A stretch of 64,000 bases of DNA from the NCBI RefSeq assembly GCF_018977255.1, contig NW_024704742.1:65660001-65724000 (forward strand), given 5' to 3'. The position numbers and the translations under genes were made by a program. Below the pieces are notes generated by a model. The model was not told where the DNA came from. It saw nothing but the letters and a program-made list of their open reading frames with translations, and did not search any database. Source of the stretch: Callorhinchus milii. Its lineage: Eukaryota. How positions within the stretch are numbered: the stretch's first letter is position 1; every line of letters begins with the position of its first letter. Shown piece after piece: positions 37,826-49,455 of the stretch.

Positions 37826-38935
37826 CAACAACAACAACAAAATTACATTTATAGAGCGCCTTCATGTCGGGAGGATGTCCCAAAGTGCTGAACAGTCAGG
37901 TGTCAGGACCTGAGCATTGGGGAGGGGTGAGGGAAGGCAGAGAGGCGGGAAGGCGATCAAAGGCACGATCAAAGAGAAGGGTCTTGAGATCAGCCTTGAA
38001 GGAGGCAAGAGAGGAAGCGAGGCGAAGGGACTGTGGGATGGAGTTCCAGAGTGTGGGGGCAGAGAAGCTGAAAGCTCGATGGTAGAGCGGGTCGGGGGGC
38101 TCATGGATGGCATTGAAAGTGAGGAACGAGGATCTTGAACTCAATCCTCTGGGGGATGGGGAGCCAGTGGAGTCGGGCGAGGGTGGGAGTGATGGGGTCA
38201 CGGGGCCCGGTGCGTGAGAGTACACGAGCTGCAGAGTTTTGGATGATCCGCAGGTTGTGAAGGGAAGAGTTGGGAAGGCCGATGAGGAGGGAGTTTCCGT
38301 ATTCGAGCCTTGATATGACGAATGCGTGGGTGAGGGTTTCGGCAGCCTGAGGGGTGAGGCAGTGGCGGAGTCTGGCAATCAGTAACTTGATGTCGGACAG
38401 GCAGTCAGTCAGGAATGCCAGTAGTCCTGGAGTTCAGGGTGGAGGCAGAGAGATAGAGTTGGGTGTCATCCGCATACATGTGGAAATTTACCCCATGTCT
38501 GCGGATGATGTCACCAAGGAGGAGCATATAGAGGGTGAAGAGGAGGGGATCGAGGACAGAGCCCTGAGGAACACCACACAAGACGGTGCGGGGGCTGGAG
38601 GAGAAGCCGTTTGCAGAAACAAAGTGGAGACGGTGTGAAAGATAGGACCTGAACCAGTCAAGGACAGAACCTTGAAGCTTGAGGTGGGAGGAGAGTCGGT
38701 GAAGGAGTAATGAATGGTCCACTGTATCAAAGGCTGCGGAGAGGTCAAGGAGGCAGAAGGAGCCCTGGTCGCACATGGTCAGGATGTCGTTTGTGACCGA
38801 GACCGGAGCAGTTTCTGTACTGTAAGCAGCACGGAAACCCAATTGGACGGATTCATGGAGGGAGTGAGAGGAGAGGAAAGAGCGAAGCTGGGAGGCGGGT
38901 CAAAGAGATAGGTTAAGAAGTTTGAAGGTAGGTAG
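37826..38935 (-). mobile_element. L2 LINE fragment with internal deletions, in a NICOL1 intron
   Basis: GFRAAYSTETA...[11 protein letters not shown]...GVPQGSVL...YADDTQLY, with a (TTG)n tail at 37826-37840. Confidence 0.9.
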
Positions 38936-40819
38936 TTCTACTCAAGATATAGGTATTTGATCACAGAGCTCAAGAAACTAGGGGAATAGCAGCTGAAGGT
39001 TTGGACCCCAAAACTGAAACAGACAGGCAAGGAACAAAATATGGAACATTACAACAACCTCCCCCCCACCCTACTCAGCTGCTCAGCCAAATGTGTAAAG
39101 CACTTTGAGACACACCCTGATGTGAAAGTCACTGCGTAAATGTAAATTGTATTGCACTGTAACAATTTGCATGATTCACTCTTAGGATTTTCGAAAGCTT
39201 AATAAGTATAATATATAATAATATAGGTGAAGACAAATTATTTTCAATCAGATAATAATAATCCTTGCATTTGATATAGCGCTTTTCACATCTTCTAGAC
39301 GCCTCAAAGCGCTTCACAGAATATGCTGTAAAGTAACAAGTACCAGATCGGATGCCGAGCGAGGAAAAATGGGAGGCGAATATAAGCGTGGTTGAAAAGC
39401 TAGGTTTTTAGGCAGGATTTAAGGACAGATAAATAAGTGGAGATGCAGAGGGTGTAGAGAGGAGTTCCTGGGGTAGGGGCATAGATGCACAACAGGCCAA
39501 AGTTTGCGAAGCAGATACGATGAGTGGAGTAGAAGGTTACAGAGATAGAGAGATGCTAGGATGTGAAGGTAATTCTAGGTGAAGACCTTAAAGACAAAAC
39601 CTATAACTAATAAATGCTTGGAACTGTGGAGGAAGCAGCAGTACCTTACAACCCAATGTGCTGCTGCATTTGGATCTAGAATGAGTTATCAAATAGAAAT
39701 CCCAACAGAGCTTTTTCTATTCTCCAATATGGGCCTGAAACCCTTTTAAACAAACAAAATGAGGCATGGCGCCACGGATGGATAAAAACGCCACGAGGAA
39801 ATCAAATCTAATCACATAAATCGGCTTTATCTTGAGTTTTATTGATCTGTGGTTTAAATTATTTTCTAAGCCATCTCACTGAAAACAAACATGCGCAAGA
39901 AGTGCATAAAATGAATCAAGTGAATCAAAATCTATGACTTCCTAGCAGAACGCTGCCCCAGTGAAGCCATCAATATTTTGATTCTAATTCACGACTCTTT
40001 CACTGTAATACCTGTCCCTTATGTGGCCTCCAAAATGGCCCAATTGAGTTTGCTCCAATAGGCACCTCTGACAATTCACAAAATTACACAGAACATTACA
40101 GCATGGAAAAGCCCATTCAGCCTAATTAGTGCATGCCTTGTTTATTCTCAACATGAGCCTCCAATCCACCTAATGCCCTCTACCATACCCCCTATTCCAC
40201 ACTCTGACAAACCTCTTAAGAATTTGTTTTCCAAATTGCCCAAGTTATAATCTTAAATTCATCGCCTGAAATTAGATACCAGTGGACAGAGTTCTCATTT
40301 TAAATGCATCATCCTAAACTAGTAATTGTTGCTAATGGATATTACCAGAAAACAAACTCTCTGTGGATAGTTGATAAAATTCTGCTTTCAAACTCATTGT
40401 GTTTTGAAAATTTTTAATTTTAATTAAACATGTAAATGTTCAGTTATTATTAATGTGCATTTGTATAGCCCTTTTTACATGATATCTTGGGAGTGCTTTT
40501 ACAGAGATATTGCTGAAAGCAATTGGTTGAAGAGGTGTCATTGAGGAGTGCGATGGAGAAGTTAAGAGAGAAAGTTTTAAGAGGGAAGGATATAGCAGCT
40601 GAAGGCTCAGTTTGAGTTTGCAGAGCAGAAGAACGAGGCTTATTATTATAAGATCTGGTGCATTATGTACTCTGGTTTCCTACAAAGCTAAAAATGCCAC
40701 TGTACACTGATAGTTCTATATGTGTTAAATTATTCTTGTTTGTATAACATAGCGTGCCACACTTTGAATGAAACCAAAATGGTCAGTGTGCATTCCCTAC
40801 ACTGGAGATAACTGAACTG

Positions 40820-41310
40820 CTCTAATCCCAATTCTCTGCTTTTGCGCTTTTATATTCTTCCTTTCAAATATTTAACCAATTCCCTTTGAAAGGTTTTTAT
40901 TGTCTCAGAGTCAATAGGAACTTGTAACAAAACATTCCATAGTCCGATAACCCCGACTAGTTACCACCATCCATCAACTAGCAAGAAATAATCTTTCACT
41001 ATCTATCCACTCAAAACCTTTCAGAATTTTAAACAGCTTTATTGGACCCTCTCTGAACCTTTCTGTTTAAGTGGAAACAAACCCAATTTTTAAGCCTTTG
41101 CTTATTATCTATAATCCCTTATCATTGTGAATTTATGCTCTGCCCTTTCTATGACTCTGTCCTTTCTTTGTGCAAAACTCCAAATAAGGGCAATCAATAT
41201 CTTGCGTAAATTTAACCTTACTTCCTTGCTTTATTTTCAACGACCCGTATATAAAACCCTGAACCCGATTTCCCCTTTCATAGCCTTTTTACCTGCACTC
41301 CTATCTCTGA
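40820..41310 (-). mobile_element. Degraded CR1-like fragment
   Basis: Similar to 28920-29390 and 60415-60790. Confidence 0.5.
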
Positions 41311-41804
41311 AGTTCAAGGTACTGTATACAGGCCGTTAAAATCGGAGGCCCATGATGGGCTGGAATTGTATCTTAAGTTGATGTTAACCAAAAGGGTTTC
41401 CTAGCCTATTACCTTGTCAGAGATGATATATAGAATGGGCAAAGTAGAAAAACATGGAGAAAAAAANTCTATCCACAAACAACATCTAAAAAGCCACAGG
41501 ACTGCAACTGTCCAGTGATGGATGCCATGGAAATAAAAGTGTGAAAGTTATAACATTTTAAGCATAATAACTTCACTCTAAGGTGCAATACACCATTAGA
41601 ATAGATTAATATACAATAAATTACCAATTATAATATTAAATGGGTAGGCCTTAGGCTTTATCACATAACAGATTATTATTACCACATAGCAGATTACTAG
41701 TTTACACATCATGTGAAGAATCAAAGGAAGAGTAGCTTAAGGGGGTTTAAATAAACATGAACATGGTGATAGATCCATATTTATATGGCCAACAAGTGAG
41801 TGGC

Positions 41805-42420
41805 CCACTCTGCCTTCCCCCACTTCCGCAATGTCACCCGGCTCCGACACTATCTTGCACCGCAGGCCGCCAAATCCCTCAACATGCCTTCATTACATCG
41901 AGGCTCGACTATGCAAACTCACTGCTTGTCGGCCTTCCCACCGCCTCCCTCCACAGGCTGCAGATCATCCAGAACTCTGCAGCCCATGTCCTCTCCCGCA
42001 CCAGACTCCACGACCCTATCCTTGCCCAATTCCACTGGCTTCCCCTCACACAGAGGATACAGTTCAAGATCCTGGTCCTCACCTTCAAACCCCTCCATGA
42101 CCTCAACTCCGCCCTACCTCTCCGACCCTTTAACCCCCTACCATTCTGTTCGCTCCCTCCACTCAGCGGGCTCTGGCCTGCTTCACGTCCCCTGCCTTGC
42201 TCACCCCACTATCGGCGGGCCTTCCGCCACTCTGCACCCACCCCCTGGAACTCCATCCCGCAGTCCCTCTTCTCGCCCCTTCCAAGACCCTCCTCTTCGA
42301 CTGTGCTTTCAGTCTCCCTCCCCCAACCCTCAGCTCAGGTCTGTAACTCTGTCTGTCCAGCGCCTTGGAACGTCCTCCTGACGTAAAAGGCGCTATATAA
42401 ATGTAATTTTGTTGTTTTTG
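41805..42420 (+). mobile_element. L2 LINE 3' fragment
   Basis: HAFITSRLDYANSLL...LHRLQIIQNSAA...RIQFKILV, followed by the 3' stem-loop tail. Confidence 0.9.
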
Positions 42421-43393
42421 GTTCCTGTGAAAAACGCCCTACAGAGTGTTTATTATGAAGAAGGTCCTGTGGTCCTTTCAATCTGATGCTTTCAGAATAT
42501 CAATCCTTTTACAATATCATTCCGGCATCAAGCTGCTCCTTAAATAGCCCTTGCATTAGCCAATCCCTCATAGTAACAAGAGTTGAGAAGGAATATTTGA
42601 GAGGTTGGGTGGGCATGAGAAAAGAAATTCTGCAAATTTTAAATGTCATTAATGCAATTGGATTGCCATTGTTGGTAACTGCATTTCCCAGCTCTAAAAT
42701 ACCAGGCAGTACAACAGAATGATGTTATTTGCATATAGAAAATTTAGAAGTATACTAATATTTATACACAATCTAAATATATACACAGAATATATTAATA
42801 TTCATAGATACAATAAATTATCTAATATACACACACATACATGATGGATATTATATAGATATACAAACATTTAAGTCATATAATGACAAACAATATTTAT
42901 GTTACATATATATATTGCTGTTTACATAGATTACATGCAAATTATACATAAACAATGCTCTTTATAGGCAAATCATAATAATAATCCTTGCATTTGATGA
43001 GAGTGATTTTCCATTATTATATCCAATAATAACATAGGTAGTTTGGAACATATGTGCATGCAACTGTCAGGAGGGTGGAAGGCGAACTAGATGGAACATG
43101 TCTTTTTTTGTGTAGCATTTCTTATGTCCTGATTTAACACGTCCTTGAGATGCCTCAAAGCGCTTCACTGGATATACTGTATTTTGTGGGCAAAAATTGA
43201 AATTAAACATATAGAATGCACACAAGCAATTATTGAATTATATATAGAACTTAAATTATTAAATAAATAAGGCATTATATCAAATGCAAGGATTATTATT
43301 ATTAGTATTATTATTATGTGTGTGTATAAAATAATTGAAGTAACATTGTTATTGTGCACATGAGCCCAACTGACACTGAGCCTCAGACCAGTA

Positions 43394-43663
43394 GGACAGG
43401 GCAGGGCTGGGCAGGGCTGGGCAGGACAGGGCAGGGCAAGACAGGGCAGGACAGGGCAGGGCTGGACAGGGCAGGGCTGGACAGGGCAGGACAGGGCAGG
43501 GCTGGACAGGGCAGGGCTGGACAGGGCAGGGCTGGACGGGCAGGGCTGGACAGGGCAGGACAGGGCAGGACAGGGCAGGGCTGGACAGGGCAGGGCAGGA
43601 CAGGGCAGGGCTGGACAGGGCAGGACAGGGCAGGGCTGGACAGGGCAGGGCTGGGCAGGGGGG
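43394..43663. repeat. G-rich satellite (GGACAGGGCAGGGCT)n directly after the NICOL1 first coding-exon donor
   Basis: Direct reading; 5/10/15-bp sub-units. Confidence 0.92.
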
Positions 43664-43672
43664 GACACTCAC

Positions 43673-43790
43673 TTTCGGCCGGGATCACGGTGCCGGATTG
43701 CGAGTCCTGTTCGGCTGCTCTCACCCCGGAGACGGTGAGGAGGAGGAGGAGAGAGCAGCAGAGCGCCCGGGAGCCTCGCACCGCCATCAT
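43673..43790 (-). CDS. NICOL1: NICOL1 (C4orf48) coding exon 1, signal peptide
   Basis: MMAVRGSRALCCSLLLLLTVSGVRAAEQDSQSGTVIPAE: hydrophobic signal peptide followed by VIPAE, like human AVPAQ. Donor GAAA|GTGAGT, phase 1. Syntenic position between NAT8L and NELFA. Confidence 0.9.
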
Positions 43791-43799
43791 CTTCTGCCC

Positions 43800-44355
43800 G
43801 ACGCCGCCGCTCTGACAGAGAAAGAAACACACAGAGTCCGCGGTTTTATGATCAACACAACCGCTCCCTCTCACACAGACTCCACAGCGACTCCGATGAA
43901 CGTGTTTGTGTTTTTATCTAAATGTCTCTGTGTATATATATATATGTGTGTGTGTGTGAGACACACAACCGTGTTTTCCCCTCTCGTCTCCCCCTTAATT
44001 GTTTTTCAAACAAACCCTTCCCAACCGTCCCTCCCTCAACGACGGCGGCGGTGGGTGGGACAAACCAAAAAACGTGGCGACGCGACGTGATTGATGCCCG
44101 GCTCTGCCAATCGGCTGCGGGAACGTGGAGGAGGGGGGGGGGGGTCAGCCGCGCGCGTCCCATTGGGGCCCGACGCGGATGGTGACGGGCGGGTGGCGCG
44201 AGCGAGTTCGGTTGCGCTGCGCCCGCCGTGCGGGGGCGTTGTGGTGCGGTTGGGGGGCGGGGTCCTGTGGAGGAGGGAGGGGGGGGGGGGGGATGGGCGG
44301 CGAGGTTTAGGCGTCCCCGCTTAATGCCCGTCCATTCAAATCTCCTTTTTCCAAG
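43800..44355. promoter_or_regulatory. CpG-island bidirectional promoter between NICOL1 and NELFA
   Basis: High CpG density. Divergent ATGs at 43790 and 44356. CCAAT at 44107-44111, ATTGG at 44162-44166, GGGGCGGGG at 44254-44262, ACGTG motifs at about 44072-44090, and a YY1-like CAAGATGGCG overlapping the NELFA ATG. Confidence 0.75.
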
Positions 44356-44565
44356 ATGGCGTCCATGCGGGAGAGCGACACGGGCTTGTGGCTTCACAAC
44401 AAGCTGGGCTCGGCGGACGAGCTGTGGGCGCCCCCCAGCATCGCCTCGCTGCTCACTAAGGACGTGGTGGACAACATCAGGGTGTGCTTTCACGGCCTCT
44501 CGTCGGCGGTGAAGCTCAAACTGCTGCTGGGGATCCTGCACCTCCCGCGGCGGACGGTGGACGAG
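44356..44565 (+). CDS. NELFA: Negative elongation factor A, coding exon 1
   Basis: MASMRESDTGLWLHNKLGSADELWAPPSIASLLT...LHLPRRTVDE is the NELFA N-terminus. Donor GAG|GTGAGT. Confidence 0.97.
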
Positions 44566-45619
44566 GTGAGTCCGCCATCCCTGTGAGTGAGTGAGTGAGT
44601 GAGTGTGTGTGTGTGTGTCAGCGGGAAACAGGCACAGCGCGCCAGGAAGTACATGTACCGCCAGGGTCACACACACCACATATAACCGCCCCTTCTACTG
44701 CTTAAACCCTCGTACAGTATTATTATATTCCCCCCCAAAAAAAACATGCCCACGTTTCTCACCCACTCACTCACTCCCCGCTCCCCGCCGCCTCGCTCTC
44801 TTTTTTTCCCCTCACCCACCCCCCCCCCCCAACCAAAGTTTTTCTCAGCGAGGGAATGTTTTATTGCCATTTTGCATTCATTGTAATAATAATAATACTA
44901 CTACTAATAATCCTGGCGTTTGGCGTAGCGCCTCATCGCGTCTTATCGGGACGTCCCGACGCGCTTCACCGAATATGCACCGAAGTGAATTGACTGTGTT
45001 TGGAAGCACTTTAGAAAGCAGAGCAGGTCCGAGAGGGGGAGAGAGAGAGAGAGAGAGAGAGAGGGGGAACTTCAGAGCGCTAAGAAATGGCATTGCTCAT
45101 CATCACCATCCAGATTGCCTGTTGTTGTGTGTGTCAGCAGTTTGTGTTTTCTGTTGTTTGTTTTTTTGCATTCAAAGGAGCAGTTATCTCCTGGGATGGG
45201 TGGGGTCGGTGGGGGTACCCACACAGGTTCAACGTTTATTTTGAAGTCCATGGATATGATGTAACCGCAGAAAGGCAAATTTGTCCAAACACTTTCCCTC
45301 CATCTTCCGCCTCTTCCTGTGTAAATTTGATTGATCGATAAGATGCAGTGAAACTAATTTTGAAGATAACAGTATTTTCCTTTAAGGATAAAAGCGATAT
45401 AAAATGCAAATTATGATTGGTTTCTGCTTCACTGCTACTGAGGCTCATGAAAACTTTGAGATTATTAATATCAATGTAATGTTTGGTGATAAAGGCACCA
45501 TATTATTGATCGTATTATTGATATTGACCTGATGCAATATTTATTTTTATCTTTAACAAGTTTAAAGAAAAACGTTCTTGGTGACATACAGAAAGGTGGC
45601 AGGTAATGCGCTAAGTGCT

Positions 45620-46022
45620 ATTATAATAATCCTTGCATTTAATATAACATTTTTCATGTTGGGAGGGCATCTCAAAGCGCATCACAGGATTCATTGTAAA
45701 GTGTAGTGACTGCGCTTTGTAGGCAAATTTGCATACAGCAATGTTCCGCAAACCACCATGAATTGAATGACCAGTTTTACTTGAGGGATTGTTGACCAGG
45801 ACACCAGGAGAAACTCCCTTCTCTTTTCAAATACTGTAGTGTCATGGAATCAGGCAGACAGGACCTCAGTTTAATACCTCATCTGAAGGACTGCACCTGT
45901 AACAATGCAGCGCTCCCCCTGCAGTGTATTGGACTGTAAGTTTAAAGTTTTGCCGTGTGGGGCTTGAACCCTCAACCTTCTGACTGAGATGCGAGAATTC
46001 CACCACATGACCCGAACTGACA
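45620..46022 (-). mobile_element. SINE family B in NELFA intron 1
   Basis: Reverse complement of the 30282-30717 pattern. Confidence 0.7.
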
Positions 46023-47554
46023 CATGATTAGAAATGACATTCATTTTGCTTGGAAAATATTTGTTTTGACACATGCTGATGTGAAAAGTAAGCGGCATTC
46101 CCATATGTTTCAATCTATTTTGCTGTTGATAATTACGATTCTACTTCTGAATCTTTGCCCAACCTTGGTGAAGAAGATGAAAATTCTTGCCATGTCTTAA
46201 AAAAAGTTTATTTTTTTAAAAATAAGGTATTTCTGAGGATTGATTGCAAGATTTTTGTATGAATACTAGACAACTAAATTTCTTCTAAGTTTTTGTATTA
46301 TGTGTTAGATTCATTATTATAACAGCTTAGTTTCTCCTGCAACAGGCTCAGCTGATCCTCTAAGTGGACTTTGTCATAATAATAATAACCCTTGCATTTG
46401 ATACAGCGCCCTATCACTTTGTTGAAACGTCTCAAAGCGCTTCACAGAATATACTGCAAAGTGAATCGACTGTATACTTTGTAGGCAAAACGCGGCAGCC
46501 AATTTTGCAAAGCAGTGTCCCACAAACAGTCATGAATTGAGTGACCAAATTATTTATTTATTTTAATTTTATTTATTCCCTGTGATCTGAAACGCTGTTG
46601 CATCCCTTTACTCTGACTTTGAAGCGATACGTGACAACAGAGGGTAGTACTGACCCACTTACTACACAAACCATCGACAATTCTAAGTTTTTTTAAAAAA
46701 TCAAACACTGCTGTGTCTCTCATACCTCTCAATCAATTTATTTACCAAATAGCTATCAATTCCCTCTTGAGTTTACTGTCACAATCTGCCTCTACTAATT
46801 TCCCTGGGTGGTTCATTCCATTTTATTTACCACTTTCTGTGTGAAGTAGTTAAAGTAGTAAGTTGTCTGTTCATCTTCTGACATTGATTCTGTTCCCCCT
46901 TTACGAGTTTCTGTCTTAAATCTTACTAGGCTTCAGGTCTATCTGCAATCTTTAGGATCTTGAATATTAAACTAAGATTTACCCAGAGCCTTCTATTTTG
47001 CAATATTAATATTCTATAACTTCACCTCTTAACTCGGGTGACTGCGACTTGTGTTCTATATCTTTAGCTATGTACTCTAAAATCTTGTTTTCACATTGTC
47101 CTAATGCTTCCAGCATATGCATCCATCGGTGCCCCACAATCTCTGTGCCATATCATGTCCTTTGGATTAATTCCTCAAAATTGCTAGTTACTTTTAGAAG
47201 TTCAAAGCTCTAAGTGGCAGCAGGTGGGAATAGAGTTTTGGAAGTGAATCTGTTGTTTTCCCCGGTAAATTAAAGGAAATGGAAAATTGAGATTGAAAAA
47301 TCGCATTTTCTGTTGATTGTTTAATGTGTAACGTTGGATTTTAATTGTCTTTTCTATTATGTTTATTGGAGAAAAAAATCCACAGGATATGTAGAAATCT
47401 TGTGCTGTATACTGCAGTATATTTTCTTAGCATTTTTTAAAAAAATGTTTACAAAGGCTTAAGACTGACTCTAGGACATTTTATAATCAATCAATGCCTG
47501 TATGAATGTGACCAGTTCTATGTATTCTGTGGTGCTGTGCTACTGAGTGTAGTG

Positions 47555-47880
47555 TGTTCGCTCCATGACCCTATCACTTCCATCCTTGCCCAACTCCACT
47601 GGCTTTCCATCACGCAGAAGATACAGTTCAAGATCCTGGTCCTCACCTTCAAAGCTCTCCACAGTCTTGCTCCCCCTACCTCTCTGACCTCCTAACCCCC
47701 TACCATCCTGTTTGCTCCCTACGCTCAGCCGGCTCCGGCCTGCTTCACGTCCCCCACCTTGCTCGCACCACTATCGGCAGGCGGGCCTTCTGCCACTACG
47801 CACCCACCCTCTGGAACTCCATCCCGCAGTCTCTCCGTCTTGCCCCCTCCCTCGCCACCTTCAAGACCCACCTCAAAATC
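47555..47880 (+). mobile_element. L2 LINE fragment in NELFA intron 1
   Basis: Nearly the same sequence as the reverse complement of about 48440-48740. Confidence 0.8.
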
Positions 47881-48279
47881 TTGGTCTACCAAACTTCCAT
47901 TGGTGGCTCTGTTGGGCCTTCAGGTTATTGCACAAAAAAAGGTGTGCTACCACGGCTGCGATACATATGTTTAAATTTTTTTTTGACCAGTCAATAATAA
48001 TAATAATCCTTGCATTTGATACAGTGCTTTTCACACCTTCTAGACATCTTAAAGCACTTCACAGAATATACTATAAAGTAAATTGACTGTATACTTGTGA
48101 ATATATATTATATTTATAATGTATAATCAAGTGTTTAATAGACACAGAAACCCCTCGCCATGCTTACAGATATCCAAAAAAACAAACTTCTTAAGAAATC
48201 ACACAGTTTACCATTGCCAACCCTGAGCAACAAGCTTCCTGCTATATGTCCAGTTATGACTACCTTACCGGTTAACAAG

Positions 48280-49455
48280 AACAAAACAACAAAATTACAT
48301 TTATATAGCACCTTTCACGTCGGGAGGACGTCCCAAGGCGCTGGACAGACAGAGTTACGGATCCGAGCTGAGGGTCGGGGAGGGTGGAGGGCAGAGGGGA
48401 AGCAGGAAGATCGAAAGCTCGGGCAAAGAGGAGAGTCTTGAGGTGGTCTTGAAGATGGAGAGGGAGGGGCAAGACCGAAGGATGGAGTTCCAGGGGGTGG
48501 GCGCAGAGTGGCGGAAGGCCCGCCGATAGTGGGGTGAGCAAGGCGGGGGACGTGAAGCAGGCCAGAGCCCGCTGAGTGGAGGGAGCGAACAGAATGGTAG
48601 GGGGTTAGGAAGTCGCAGAGGTACGGGGGAGCAAGACCATGGAGGGCTTTGAAAGTGAGGACCATGATCTTGAACTGTATTCTCTGTGTGATGGGAAGCC
48701 AATGGAATTGGGCAAGGATGGGGGTGATAGGGTTGTGGAGTCTGGTGCATGAGAGGACACGGGCTGCAGAGTTCTGGATGATCTGCAGCCTGTGGAGGGA
48801 GGCGGTGGGAAGGCCGACAAGTAGTGAGTTTGCATAGTTGAGCCTCGATGTAATGAAGGCATGAATGAGCGTTTTGGCGGTCTGCGGTGTGGGACAGTGT
48901 CGGAGCCGGGCGACGTTGCGGAGGTGGTTGAAGGCAGAGCAGGTCATGGCGCGAATGTGTTTAGAAAAGATAATTGAGGATCGAGCAATACCCCAAGTTT
49001 CCGGAGTGGCTTAGCGTGGAGTGTGCAACCATGGACGGTGATGCTGTCAGCGCCTGAGGTGAGGAGGCCCTGACCTGAGCCAATCAGGAGAGCCTCGGTC
49101 TTGTTGAGGTTCAACTGTAGAAAGTTAGCTCTCATCCAGGACTTGATGTCTGACAGATATTCTGTCAGGACAGCAGTGGTCGTGGAGTTGAGGGTAGAGG
49201 AGGAAAGGTAGAGTTGGGTGTCATCCGCATACATGTGGAAGTTGACCCATGTCTGCGGATGATGTCACCAAGAGGGAGCATATAGATGTTGAAGAGGAGG
49301 GGACCAAGGACAGAGCCCCGAGGAACGCTACATGAGACGGTGCGGGGGCTGGAGGAGAAGCCGTTTGAGGAGATGAAGTGCAGGCGGTGTGAGAGCTATG
49401 GTCTGAACCAATCAAGGACAGCGCAGTGGAGGTGAGAGGAGAGGGAGTGGATGAG
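48280..49455 (-). mobile_element. L2 LINE 3' fragment in NELFA intron 1
   Basis: [12 protein letters not shown]...NFLQLN and SRLNYANSLL, with a 3' tail. Confidence 0.92.

Noticed and set aside
41467..41467. Single N base
   Set aside because: Assembly ambiguity or gap marker, not biology; local contiguity here is slightly uncertain.
43165..43672. Cys/Pro-rich (PCPAL)n ORFs resembling keratin-associated or metallothionein-like proteins
   Set aside because: Translations of the intronic GGACAGGGCAGGGCT satellite.
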